From contig CP166615.1 in the NCBI GenBank assembly GCA_041937175.2, positions 1,024,001-1,088,000 on the forward strand: 64,000 nucleotides of DNA, given 5' to 3'. The notes beneath the pieces were generated by a model. That model was not told where the DNA came from. It was given only the letters and a program-made list of their open reading frames with translations, and searched no databases. Position numbers and translations under genes: made by a program. Positions 10,464-20,573 of this stretch are shown in pieces; the stretch's first letter is position 1; each line of letters begins with the position of its first letter. Origin of the DNA: Limnothrix sp. BL-A-16. GTDB taxonomy: Bacteria; Cyanobacteriota; Cyanobacteriia; CACIAM-69d.

Positions 10464-10598
10464 GTGGAAACTTCGGCCTTAACCGTTTTATCGATCGTGG
10501 CCATGGGCTTGATGGTGGTGGTTACGGGCGGCATTGTGTATTTAACGGCGGCTGAATGGCGCGATCGCCGCCGCCAAAAGACTCCCCAAAAGCGCTAG
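10464..10598 (+). CDS. 44-aa single-pass membrane microprotein of unknown function
   Basis: GAGGA RBS at 10454-10458, GTG start; METSALTVLSIVAMGLMVVVTGGIVYLTAAEWRDRRRQKTPQKR*. Confidence 0.8.
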   Translation: METSALTVLSIVAMGLMVVVTGGIVYLTAAEWRDRRRQKTPQKR

Positions 10599-10704
10599 GG
10601 CCTGTCGTCAAGTCGCCTGAAACCCTGATTCCACCGTTAGCAGATCGTGGGGGACAAGGGGCTTAAGCCCCTTGCTGCCTAACAATTTGGTGGCGGTAAC
10701 AGCC
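10598..10704. mobile_element. MITE, family B (left end GGGCCTGTCGTC); right end uncertain
   Basis: First ~80 bp closely resemble 55203-55280; contains the palindrome CAAGGGGCTTAAGCCCCTTG at 10655-10674; preceded by TA. Confidence 0.7.
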
Positions 10705-10741
10705 ATATAATTTAACCCAGCGAATTGAGGCAGCTACGTTA

Positions 10742-10762
10742 GTAGGGTGAGCAGTGCCCACC
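10742..10762 (+). repeat. GTAG-type REP-like hairpin
   Basis: GTAG followed by the imperfect palindrome GGTGAGCA-G-TGCCCACC. Confidence 0.5.
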
Positions 10763-10880
10763 AAATTCAGGTAAACAAATCCAGGAAGGCAACTTAAGGT
10801 AAATAGAAGCCTAGAAGCACATTTTTGAGTTTGCACATTCTTGGCTAGATTGACTCTGGACTAGACTACACAATTCTCGG

Positions 10881-12170
10881 CTAGTTCCTGGCCTGTTGCT
10901 GATACATCGCTCGCAACACCAAGGCCGGATCAATCCAATCTTTCCCGTATTTAATACCCCAATGCAGGTGCGGCCCCGTGGTGCGGCCCGTCATGCCCAC
11001 ACGCCCAACCCGCATCCCCGTGGTCACCGTTTGCCCCTGGAAAATCCGTAATCCCCCATCGGGATCACTCAGATAGCGGCGACCTTGCCAGGTGGCCACC
11101 CGCCCCATCATGTGACAGTAGGTGTGTTCCCAAGCGCCGGACTGGATCGTGATCGCCGTGCCACATAGCCCACCGTCAGACACGCGGATCACCCGGCCGG
11201 CCCACCAACTGCGAATATAGCTACCTTTGGGGGCAGCCAGATCTAGGCCCTTGTGAAACTCCACGCTGCCCCCCCGACGACGGTAGCCAAAGGGCGAGGT
11301 ATAGGTCTGGAAGTTCTCGACGGGAAATGAACCCTGTTGCCATGAGGTGCGACGGCCCGATCGATCCCATTGACTGCCTTGTCCCGAGTTGCCATAGGGG
11401 TTGACATAGTTGGGATTGTAGCCCCCAGCATAGTTCCCAACGGAGTTTACCTGGTTAATATTCCTGTTGTAGTTGCTGCCGGAATTATTACCATTATTAC
11501 GAACAGGATTGCCGTTGTTGTAACTGTTGCCGTAACCGTTGTTGTAATTGCTATAGCTGTTGAAATTGCTGGAGTTAGTCGGGTTATTGGTTGGGGAGTT
11601 CCGGTTAGCAGCACGGTTGGCCGCTGGCTGTGCAGAATTGAATCGATTGTCTGGAGAATTTTGGTAATTTGTGTAGCTATTACTGTTCTGATAGCTGCTG
11701 TAATAGCTAGTCGCGTTGGCGCTTTGGCGTTGAACTTGGGCGGTGTAGTTCGTCACATTTAAGGGCTGAACAGGGCGCATCTGTGGCTGCCAGTTGGGGT
11801 CGGCTTGGCCACGAACGATCGCTGCCGACTCGGCAATCTGTCGCCGAGAGTCCTCGATGATTTCGGCAGGGGGCGAGGTGGGAGGCGCTTCAAGGCTGGT
11901 GGTGGCGGTGTGCTGGGGGCGCTGCCACCAGGGGGCGATCGCCTCTGCTGACAACAGCCCTACCCCAAACAACCCCGCGACCGCCGCCAATTGCCAGTGG
12001 GCGCGAGCGAGGGCCCGGGGCGATCGGGTCTTGCGCACCAAAGCCTCGCCAGTCAGGGGCGGGGAGGGAAGCTTGGAAAGTGAGAAGCCATGGCTCGATC
12101 GAGCTGGGGGCAAAGCAGGACGGTGCAAGGTGCGTGGCGGCATGGGCGGTGGAGCGTTAGCGCCCGTCAA
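10881..12170 (-). CDS. M23 family metallopeptidase with an Asn/Tyr/Ser-rich linker
   Basis: TSPFGYR, HKGLD, YCHM and GRTTGPHLHW motifs; N-terminal TM; start uncertain. Confidence 0.9.
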   Translation of the reverse strand: MTGANAPPPMPPRTLHRPALPPARSSHGFSLSKLPSPPLTGEALVRKTRSPRALARAHWQLAAVAGLFGVGLLSAEAIAPWWQRPQHTATTSLEAPPTSPPAEIIEDSRRQIAESAAIVRGQADPNWQPQMRPVQPLNVTNYTAQVQRQSANATSYYSSYQNSNSYTNYQNSPDNRFNSAQPAANRAANRNSPTNNPTNSSNFNSYSNYNNGYGNSYNNGNPVRNNGNNSGSNYNRNINQVNSVGNYAGGYNPNYVNPYGNSGQGSQWDRSGRRTSWQQGSFPVENFQTYTSPFGYRRRGGSVEFHKGLDLAAPKGSYIRSWWAGRVIRVSDGGLCGTAITIQSGAWEHTYCHMMGRVATWQGRRYLSDPDGGLRIFQGQTVTTGMRVGRVGMTGRTTGPHLHWGIKYGKDWIDPALVLRAMYQQQARN

Positions 12171-12527
12171 CGTGACATAACGTCACCGACTCTACAAAAA
12201 AAAATTCGCTCCGTCCACTCCTGACCAGCAAGCTAGCCCCAGAATGACGGACGCTGAATCCTGGGAAATTGCCGATCGTTCAGCCCCCCAAGAAGCGCAA
12301 GGATTTTGTTCTAAAAGGTTAGCCTAGGTGCAGACTAGAGAAGAAAATGTACTCCTTTATCCACAAAGCTTCGTTAAAGCTTCGTTCCAGTTCCGTAAAA
12401 AACGCTGGGTCAGCCTCTACATCTTTTCTGCAATCATGAGGCTATGGTTTTGCGGAAGAGACTGAGCCATTAACCTTTTAAGAATCTAGCAAAAAAACAC
12501 AAATGCCTTGGAGATCAATCGATCTTA

Positions 12528-12658
12528 GAGGATGTCTGAAAAGCCAAAATCGATACTCTGCACGCCTCATCGATCGACGAAGACAAGATGCTCAAGCCCC
12601 TTGCCCCCACGACTATTGGTGCATTGCCCGTGCCAAAAGACACTTTTCAGACATCCTC
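12528..12658. mobile_element. MITE, family A (131 bp), IS5/IS1031-like ends
   Basis: Perfect 16-bp TIRs GAGGATGTCTGAAAAG / CTTTTCAGACATCCTC; TTA direct repeat at 12525-12527 and 12659-12661; degenerate internal palindrome at 12584-12603. Confidence 0.88.
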
Positions 12659-12917
12659 TTAAGGGAAATTTCTGAGATAGAAGGTCTTTAGATAGAATAA
12701 ATCCAGGGTGGGTTTTAGAACAATCAGGAATGGTGGGTTAGCCCTTGAGTATTGTCTGGGAAAGAATCTCAGGGGAATCGCTCAAGACTAGGCACAAGAT
12801 TAAGTGCTCAAGACCCAATATCCATGATTGGACTGAGGTGATGCTGAGCTGAGGTGATGCTGAAGTGATCGAGTTCCTTGTCAAGTTGCACTACAAGCTA
12901 TTACAGCGGGTCTGATT

Positions 12918-13814
12918 ATGAATGACCAACAACAGTTGGGGTTACCTGGTCGGTCGAATCAATTTCTGACCTATTGGCAATGGGGAAATCTGAGCGATCG
13001 ACCGCTACTGCTGTTGCACGGGCTGGGCGATTGTGCGGCGGTTTGGGAAGGAGCAGCCCAAGAGCTGGCCAAAAAGGGCTATGGCGTGGTTGCGCCGGAT
13101 TTGCCCGGCCATGGGAACAGCAGCAAGGGCGATCGCCCCTACAGCACCGAAGCCATCATTGAAGACTTGGAAGCCCTTTGTAATCACCTGGGCTGGTCTC
13201 GGGTAACGGTGGTTGGCCACTCTTGGATGGGCAAGATTGCCACCCGTTGGATGCAGGATCTGCCCCAGCGATTTCAGCAGGCGGTCATTGTTGACCCATT
13301 TTTTATTGGCAAAATGCCTGATTGGTTGCGTTTAAGCTTCCCAATTTTGTATCGAACCCTGCCATTTTTGAAGCTAACGGGCCCGTTTCCAGATCAAACT
13401 TCAGCGGAAGACTGTGCTCGGCAACTCAAACAATATCGTGAGTGGAATCCTTGGCAAGCGGCGGCCTTTGCGGCAAATCTGGAACAAAAAGATGATGGCA
13501 CTTGGGGTAGCAAACTGGATTTGCTAGCGCGCGATCGCGTGTTTGAAGATGTGCTTGGAATTGCGGGCTTCCAAAAATCAGTGTCCTTGCCCACATTGTT
13601 GATTTTGCCGGAACAGGGCTTGAATCAATTTGCTTGGCAAACTCGCGACTTCCACCAGTTCTGCGAGCGGCTGACGGTGCAAACGGTTCCCGGCAATCAT
13701 TGGCCCTTTCTGAATGACCCGATCGGGTTTGCAGAAACGATTGATCGATGGCTCATTACGCCCGCCCAAGAACGCCATAATTTTGGCCAAGTGGCGCAAT
13801 TTGATGTGGCTTAA
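12918..13814 (+). CDS. Alpha/beta hydrolase
   Basis: LLHGLGD, PDLPGHG, nucleophile elbow GHSWMG, C-terminal GNHW. Confidence 0.9.
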   Translation: MNDQQQLGLPGRSNQFLTYWQWGNLSDRPLLLLHGLGDCAAVWEGAAQELAKKGYGVVAPDLPGHGNSSKGDRPYSTEAIIEDLEALCNHLGWSRVTVVGHSWMGKIATRWMQDLPQRFQQAVIVDPFFIGKMPDWLRLSFPILYRTLPFLKLTGPFPDQTSAEDCARQLKQYREWNPWQAAAFAANLEQKDDGTWGSKLDLLARDRVFEDVLGIAGFQKSVSLPTLLILPEQGLNQFAWQTRDFHQFCERLTVQTVPGNHWPFLNDPIGFAETIDRWLITPAQERHNFGQVAQFDVA

Positions 13815-14030
13815 ACGCTGGGTATGGGGGCTGAATTGCTCTGTGCAACCACCCTGCGTGAGGCTCAACGACCCACCGAAGATTCACCAAACAGCGGAGC
13901 TGAGTGACAGAACTGCTGTTGAGAGCATGTTTTTGGTTAAGCTGTTTGTTGAGATCGTGCTGTTGAGATCGTGCTTAGACAGCAGGTGGTTTGGATCACG
14001 ATCGCGTGATTGGGGGCAATTAGAACCCAA

Positions 14031-14075
14031 GCGATTCAGACCTGCGTGATTCAAACCCACGTGATTCAGACCCGG
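14031..14075. repeat. 15-bp tandem repeat, 3 copies
   Basis: gcgattcagacctgc / gtgattcaaacccac / gtgattcagacccgg. Confidence 0.6.
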
Positions 14076-14116
14076 ATAATTTTTTTAGATTGGCACTCGC
14101 CCAAGGAGATGTTCCC

Positions 14117-14587
14117 GTGCCGACGGATGCCCAGCCTGTGACCGAAGAAGCCTTTGGAATTGTGCCGATTTATTTGCCGCAGTCGGGCGATCGAGCAGAG
14201 GCTTTGTTTTTGCTAGTGCAGCACCGGGCAGGACATTGGGCGTTTCCCAAGGGCCATGCGGAGCCGGGCGAAAGTGCCCTTGAAACAGCGCTTCGGGAAT
14301 TTACCGAAGAAACCGGCATTCGACATTGCACTCCCGTCACCGACGTGCAGTTTGTTGAAACTTACTGCCGACAGAATAAACTGGTGCAAAAAACGGTGAC
14401 TTATTTTCCGGCCTGGGTTTTGGATCGGGAAACCAACCTGCAACCGGAGGAAATCCAAGACAGCGCCTGGTTAACAGCGGAAGAAGCCCGATCGCGCATT
14501 ACGTTCCCGGCTAATCGGGGGGTTCTTGAATCGGCGCTGGAATGGCTGCAAGCCCTGGCAACCTTGCCCATCCAAACCGAAGAGTAA
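14117..14587 (+). CDS. NUDIX hydrolase (Ap4A hydrolase-like)
   Basis: HWAFPKGHAEPGESALETALREFTEETG Nudix box; AGGAG upstream of a GTG start. Confidence 0.9.
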   Translation: MPTDAQPVTEEAFGIVPIYLPQSGDRAEALFLLVQHRAGHWAFPKGHAEPGESALETALREFTEETGIRHCTPVTDVQFVETYCRQNKLVQKTVTYFPAWVLDRETNLQPEEIQDSAWLTAEEARSRITFPANRGVLESALEWLQALATLPIQTEE

Positions 14588-14706
14588 CGCGGCTTCGTTG
14601 CGCTAATTCCCGCTAATGCAACTCCAATTAGCGCCAACTTCAATTAGCCCCGCATTCTTTGCCCTATATTTCTTGCCCCGTATTTCTGGCCCAAGCCCCT
14701 TCGCCC

Positions 14707-15027
14707 ATGCTGCTCGATCGCCCTGCATTGTTTACCCTTCTGGTTGTCGCGACGCTAACCATTGGCGTGGGGGCGATCGGGCTATTCATTGGTGCCATAG
14801 CAAGGCTCTTGGGGCGGCGTTGCCTGCGCAAAAGCCTCGTCGCGGCCTATGGCAGCGCCTTGGTGGGGGGAGCCTTGGGGGCCCTGGCTTCCTTGTCGGT
14901 AACCTTCCCGGTCTCTTTGTTGACCCTGGGCATGGGGGGCGCTTTTGCAGCCACCCCGATCGGAACACTGATTATTCTCTATGTGACGAAAACACGCCGT
15001 CCCCGTCGCCGCCGTGCTTCCACCTGA
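14707..15027 (+). CDS. Small hypothetical membrane protein
   Basis: Three hydrophobic Gly/Ala-rich segments and a basic tail. Confidence 0.55.
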   Translation: MLLDRPALFTLLVVATLTIGVGAIGLFIGAIARLLGRRCLRKSLVAAYGSALVGGALGALASLSVTFPVSLLTLGMGGAFAATPIGTLIILYVTKTRRPRRRRAST

Positions 15028-15129
15028 GCATTCAGCGGGCCAAGACGTTCACCCCTAACTCTATTGGTCATGGGCTGACGGATTGCTCGACCCTTGCCAC
15101 TGCGAGCCGCCCACGGGACTCGGCAACGC

Positions 15130-15342
15130 TCAAGACTCGTCGTAGGCCTCCAAATCTAGTAAGTAGATGTAAGGCTCAACCAGCTCTGGCCGCTGAAAGG
15201 CGATCGCCCGCAGCAAGTGCCAGTCTCGCAACCCCTCAAAGGGCGTGGCATAATCATCCCGCTCCAGCCGGAGCGCCAACTCGGCCACATCTTGCTCAGT
15301 CATTTGGGCAACGGCCGGTTGTGAAATATGCAGTACTTCCAC
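15130..15342 (-). CDS. DUF2555-like conserved cyanobacterial protein
   Basis: LALRLERDDY..PFEGLRDWHLLRAIAFQRPELVEPY; GGAGG RBS upstream. Confidence 0.85.
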   Translation of the reverse strand: MEVLHISQPAVAQMTEQDVAELALRLERDDYATPFEGLRDWHLLRAIAFQRPELVEPYIYLLDLEAYDES

Positions 15343-15518
15343 GGTTAAACCTCCTCCAAGCCCTAGACTGATCTTAAGCCGGATGAACCACCAAACAATC
15401 GATTTTCCTTGTTTTGGTACGTTAGTTCATGAAAGCGGCCATCGTTCGCCCAAAAGTTAAACCGAAAGTTAAGCCAAAGGTTAAGCCACCAGCTAAACCA
15501 AACGCCAGACAATGAGTG

Positions 15519-15902
15519 CTAGAGGGTTTCTAGGTAGCGCAGTAAGTCGGCCATGTCCTGCGGAGCGGGCTGAAATTGCGGCATGGGGGGCGTTTTGCCG
15601 CTAATCACCTGTTCAATCAGGGCGACTTCTGATTTCCGGCTGGCCACATCAAGCAAGCTGGGGCCCACATGACCCGCGCCATCAGCTCCATGACAAACGG
15701 CGCAGTTCATGGAAAAAATTGCTTGCCCCCGATCGCGATCGCCCTGCAAGGCGAGGACACTTTCCGCGTAGGGATCCATTGGCTGAAACCACTGGCCCAA
15801 GGGCCAAACCATCAGCAAAACGGACAGGACAAGGAGTATCGCGATCGCAAGGGTACGACGCGCCCAAGGTTGGACTGGGGACTGATTAACTGGCGTTTCC
15901 AA
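15519..15902 (-). CDS. cytM: Cytochrome cM
   Basis: N-terminal TM, haem motif CAVCH, GPSL and TPPMPQFQP; divergent from petG. Confidence 0.88.
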   Translation of the reverse strand: METPVNQSPVQPWARRTLAIAILLVLSVLLMVWPLGQWFQPMDPYAESVLALQGDRDRGQAIFSMNCAVCHGADGAGHVGPSLLDVASRKSEVALIEQVISGKTPPMPQFQPAPQDMADLLRYLETL

Positions 15903-16168
15903 GGCGATCGCGTTGCTGAGGAACCGACATGAAAGTTTTCATTTAATAACATAGCTCAAAGGTTGCCCCCAGGCCGCCGAAGTTCCCCCCGACTCGCCCA
16001 CTCAGGGCAGAATCAGTTTTCGGGCTGAGAAGCCGGTAAAATCGGAGGGCGCGTTGCCCGATCGGGAACAGCCACCGCACCAGATCCGCAGTCTTCACTG
16101 CTGGAATCTGACTAAGTGCTTTAAAAATGACTTAATGTTTTAGACGATTTAGGGAAGGAGAATCCGCC

Positions 16169-16282
16169 GTGATCGAACCTCGCTTGCTCGGTATTGTCTT
16201 GGGTCTGATTTTGGTGACGCTGAGTGGTCTGTTTTTCGCAGCCTATCAGCAATATCGTCGCGGCAATCAGTTTGATCTGTAG
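16169..16282 (+). CDS. petG: Cytochrome b6f subunit 5
   Basis: Hand translation [46 protein letters not shown]; not in the ORF track. Confidence 0.96.
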   Translation: MIEPRLLGIVLGLILVTLSGLFFAAYQQYRRGNQFDL

Positions 16283-16714
16283 GTTGATTTGGCCCCGATC
16301 GACCCGCTCGATCGTCCCATTCAATTTGAACCGGTGTCTGGAATTCGCGCATCCTCGCGATCGCAATTCCAACCTTAATTCAATCGCTGTATTTACAGCA
16401 ACGATGCAGTGGAGGCCCGTTTTAAGCAGGTCTCCACACTTTTTTGATCATGCTTTTTTGAGCATAAATTAATCATGATTTTTGATCATGAATTGAAGGA
16501 ATAATTTGAGAATAAACTTGAGTATAAATTGGGTAATAAAAAGGTAACAAGAAAGTGATGCTAGTTGAATATTGTTGATTATGACTTTGATTATGACTGC
16601 TTTCTGATGATCACAATTATTTGCTCATTGATTTGCTCATTAAAAAACGCCCAGCCCAAAGGCCGAGCGCTTATGAGTCTTGAACTCAATCCGGTTTAAT
16701 TTCAGCAAACCAGA

Positions 16715-17935
16715 CTAGGGAGCCAGGGCACTACCCCGCAGCAAACTCCCGATCGTCTTCGCCGTAATCTTCAGTTGAGTCAGCGGATTGGCAGGCACAA
16801 CCGTCTTATACAAATAGCTGTCAAAGGTCAGCTTTTGCACATCGATGTCCTCGCACATTTCCACAAAGGCTTCGCGCGTCGCATCGGAACGATAAAACAC
16901 CCGTTGCAGCAGATCCAGCACCAAATAGGTTGCCCCGTACTGCCTATCCCAACGTTTCAGGTACTGCTTCAGATCCGCTTCATTGGGAACGCGCTGGCCC
17001 TTGTTGGAAAATTCCACAATGGTTTCCGCACACATCCGAGCCGACTTGGCCGCGAAGTAAATCCCTTCGCCAGAAGACTTGGTGACCGTACCGGCCGCAT
17101 CACCCACCAGGGCCACACGACCCACCACCCGACGAGGGCGGGGATGTTCCGGAATCGGGTGTGCTTCCACCTTGATGATTTGCCCACCTTCGAGGCGTTT
17201 GGCTGCTCGGGCCCGAATGCCCGCTTGCAGTTCCTTGATCCGGGCTTGGTTCACGCGCATTGTGCCCGTGCCCACTGCCACGTGATCATATTTGGGGAAC
17301 ACCCAGGCGTAAAAGTCGGGGGAAACATCGTCACCGACGTACATTTCCGCCAAGTCCTGGTAGTAATCCATCTTGTCTTCGGGCAGACGGATTCGCTCTT
17401 GGAAGGCGATCGCGTAGTTGTAGTCCCCCGCATCGATCGCCTTGGCAATCCGAGAATTAGCCCCATCAGCCCCAATCACCAAATCCACTTGCAGGGTTTT
17501 GGCCACGCCCGCCACCGAACCATCGGAGTGGTCAGCATAGTGCAGGGTGTAGGGAGCCTTGTCATTGCTGGGAATTTCCAGCTTATGCACTGTGCCGTTA
17601 ATTAGGTTAGCCCCCAGCTTCACCGCCCGATCGCGCATGAACCCATCCAGGACTTCCCGGCGGCACATACCGATATATTCATCAGGCTTGAGGGTTGAAC
17701 CGATGTTCACCTCAATATTGGACGGTGAGATCATCTTCATCTTCCGCACGCGGCGATCGATGATCTCCGGCGGAAGTTCAAACTCACCAACCATGCATAA
17801 GGGAATTGCGCCGCCGCAGGGCTTGGCGTTGTCCAGCTTGCGCTCGAACAGATAGGTCTCAATTCCAGCTTTAGCGAGCGTTTCTGCGGCTGAGGAACCG
17901 GCCGGCCCGCCGCCAACAACAGCAACCCGTAACAC
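16715..17935 (-). CDS. chlP: Geranylgeranyl reductase
   Basis: VAVVGGGPAG, AKPCGGAIP, HPIPEHPRP and GEGIYFAAKS. Confidence 0.97.
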   Translation of the reverse strand: MLRVAVVGGGPAGSSAAETLAKAGIETYLFERKLDNAKPCGGAIPLCMVGEFELPPEIIDRRVRKMKMISPSNIEVNIGSTLKPDEYIGMCRREVLDGFMRDRAVKLGANLINGTVHKLEIPSNDKAPYTLHYADHSDGSVAGVAKTLQVDLVIGADGANSRIAKAIDAGDYNYAIAFQERIRLPEDKMDYYQDLAEMYVGDDVSPDFYAWVFPKYDHVAVGTGTMRVNQARIKELQAGIRARAAKRLEGGQIIKVEAHPIPEHPRPRRVVGRVALVGDAAGTVTKSSGEGIYFAAKSARMCAETIVEFSNKGQRVPNEADLKQYLKRWDRQYGATYLVLDLLQRVFYRSDATREAFVEMCEDIDVQKLTFDSYLYKTVVPANPLTQLKITAKTIGSLLRGSALAP

Positions 17936-18401
17936 GAACAGCTTCTCCTAATTACGCGTGTGGCTGAGGCTTCGACATCACCCTCGTCCTGATGAAATTT
18001 TGATCGCGCCTTAGATCCAACCGCACTGCCCAACGGCTCACAGAGGGGTCTAATTCAGACTCAGAAATTCAATCAAGGCGAGGAGCTTTGAGAAGGCTTG
18101 CGATTTTGTTCTGGACTCCAAAGCCACGCGATTAACGTGGATTACTGCCGCCGTTGGGTTTTTCTCGTCCACTGAACGGATTAACCTGTCTCGGTTCAAT
18201 AACCGTTGGATTACCCGTCGATTATTAACTGGATCATTCACCGCGCTGCCCATCGGCAACAAAGGCAAAAGGGGGCAATAAACCGCAAAAACCGCTCTGG
18301 CCGCCCAAAGATTGGATGTCATCCTATCACGGGGGTTTCCTGTGGCTGGGCGTGCCCCAAGCTTCTATAACGAGAATGCAACAGAGTTTAACGATCTGAT
18401 A

Positions 18402-19698
18402 CCGTCACCAATTCACTAGCAATGCCGCAATTGACTAGCAAATGCAGCAATCAGGAAGCTTCCTGCTTCATCGCGGCGAAGTCGGCTTCATCCGCTCCAC
18501 AGGCTGACACGACCGGACTGGCCGCCTTTTGCAGATTAATCGCGGCATTCAAATCGCGATCAATCTGCAATCCACAGTGATCACAATCAAACACCCGCTC
18601 TGAAAGCGATAGGGTCTCTTTTTTCTTGCCACAACGGGAACAAGTCTTGCTAGATGGAAACCAGCGGTCTACGATCACCAGTTCAGAGCCATAAAGTTTT
18701 GTCTTGTAATCCAGTTGCCGCCGAAACTCGTAGAAGCCCATATCCTGAATCGCCTTGGCTAGCTTGTGATTCGCCATCATCCCGGACACATTCAGATCCT
18801 CAATGACCACCACGCCGTGGTTCTTGGCTAAGTAGGTCGTGAGCTTATGGAGCGTGTCTTTACGGATGTTGGCGATTCGCTGATGGAGTTGAGCGATCCT
18901 CAATTGAGCCTTTTTCCAATTGGCAGAGCCTCTTTGCTTGTGGCGATTCAGCCATTGCAACCGAGAGAGCCGGGACTCCAGTTGTCTGTAGGCTTTAGCA
19001 CCTTCAAACAACTCTCCAGTGCTGAGAGTTGCTAAGGATTTGACACCCAAGTCAACACCTACAACATCAATCAATTTAGGCGTAATGACAGGTTCTATCT
19101 CAATCCGAAACGAGATAAACCAATCATGCGCTTGGCGGCTGATGGTGACTGATTTAGGTTGAACATTTTGAGGCAAGGCTTCATAGGTCTTCAGGATGCC
19201 AATCTTAGGAACCTGAATCTTATTCAAACCCTTAATATGAATAGCTCCATCCAGTTCAAAGGAGTCATGACGACCCTTTTTCTTGAATTTAGGAGCACCT
19301 GAAGTCTTTTTGAAGCAGCGATCCCAAGCCGCCCGTAAATGACGAAGGGCATTTTGAGGAGAACTTTTGGAAACCTCATAGTACCAAGGGTGTTCAGACT
19401 TAACCAAGGCTACCAACCACTTGTGCAAATCAATAGCGGATGGGAATTTGATCTTTTCGTCAGTCTTTGATCGGTTATGGTCAAGGATTTCCTTGGTTAG
19501 TCCCAAACCCCAATTCCAAGCATGACGCGCAACACCGGCATGGCGAGCTAATGCGGTGCGTTGTTGGTTGTTGAGCTTGAGTTGAGTTTTGAATCCGAGT
19601 AGCATCTGTTCATTGTATGACAGCCTTTAGGATAGATTCGCATTTTTCGGAGAATGTGAGCTAATGACAGGAAATCAATTACTGTTAATTAACCCCCC
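18402..19698 (-). mobile_element. Non-autonomous tnpB-only IS element; boundaries approximate
   Basis: No tnpA adjacent; lower GC and no GCGATCGC seen in the ORF; putative right end ...GTGACGG at 18402; left end is a guess. Confidence 0.55.
18451..19605 (-). CDS. tnpB: RNA-guided endonuclease TnpB (IS200/IS605/IS607 superfamily)
   Basis: N-terminal HTH, RuvC motifs GVDLG / VIEDL / DRDLNAA, zinc finger CSRCG...CDHCG. Confidence 0.95.
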   Translation of the reverse strand: MLLGFKTQLKLNNQQRTALARHAGVARHAWNWGLGLTKEILDHNRSKTDEKIKFPSAIDLHKWLVALVKSEHPWYYEVSKSSPQNALRHLRAAWDRCFKKTSGAPKFKKKGRHDSFELDGAIHIKGLNKIQVPKIGILKTYEALPQNVQPKSVTISRQAHDWFISFRIEIEPVITPKLIDVVGVDLGVKSLATLSTGELFEGAKAYRQLESRLSRLQWLNRHKQRGSANWKKAQLRIAQLHQRIANIRKDTLHKLTTYLAKNHGVVVIEDLNVSGMMANHKLAKAIQDMGFYEFRRQLDYKTKLYGSELVIVDRWFPSSKTCSRCGKKKETLSLSERVFDCDHCGLQIDRDLNAAINLQKAASPVVSACGADEADFAAMKQEAS

Positions 19699-20573
19699 GT
19701 TCACCAACCTTGAGATCCACAGGCTGAGTTTTCGGGCCATCAAGCTTCGGGCATGGAGCAACGGGCCGGGGGTTAGGGCGATGGTTGACTGGGGCCCGCC
19801 AAGAGACCTAAGGGCATGGGCGAAAATCAACTAAAAACAAGTACAAATAGTCGTAAACAGGTGCAGATAGACACAAAGAAGCACAAAAAGATAAAAAGAG
19901 ACAAAAATAAATCGAGGAACTGAGCGCTCCTCGATCGCTTCGTTTGATATTCATCAACCAGGTTCAGCAGTCGATCGCCCATGAATTAGCCACATGAATT
20001 AGCCAATTGATGGCGGGAAATCGCCACTAAACCCATCAATAACCTCATTCCTAGAGGAGTCCCAATTACCCCTAAACATTCAGTCACGGCGAGGAGAAAA
20101 ACCAACGAGCGCTAGGTAGGTGATCAAACACTTAACTTAACCCTTGGGGATCAGCTCTCTGGGCTATTCAGTCCAATTGGAGCCGAGATAGGGTTCATCT
20201 TCAAAAGGCTGCACGCCAACTGCGGGATAGTCGTCGTGGTCGGGCGCGAAAATTTCACCAAAGCCTTCCAAGACGTATTGCATTGAGGATGAGAGCGAAG
20301 TCCAGAATTGCATAACCTAACCTCCGGCTCCATCAATTAAGAGGGAATGAAATGGCTTACCTTCAGCATAGGGAAGTTTCCTGAGAGCTGGGATCGCTCC
20401 GTGATAAATCGATGAATTTCGATGAATTTCTCAATGTTTTGTGTGCTAATTTTGCGCAGGAACTTCCTGGAAATTGAGAATTTCAAACAATTCTTGGCAA
20501 TTTGCCAGCTTTGCAAGTCCTCCCAGTGACTGCTCAGACGTTCCTTCAGGATTCGCTGTCGTTAACCTGTTCT

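Noticed and set aside
12503..12691. Short ORFs sharing APCPHDYWC (also 55252-55452)
   Set aside because: The similarity comes from the shared family A MITE sequence, not from a protein family.
20080..20336. 61-aa minus-strand ORF and a nearby PetL-like fragment (LITYLALVGF)
   Set aside because: No recognisable family; the hydrophobic run ends early, so no PetL call.
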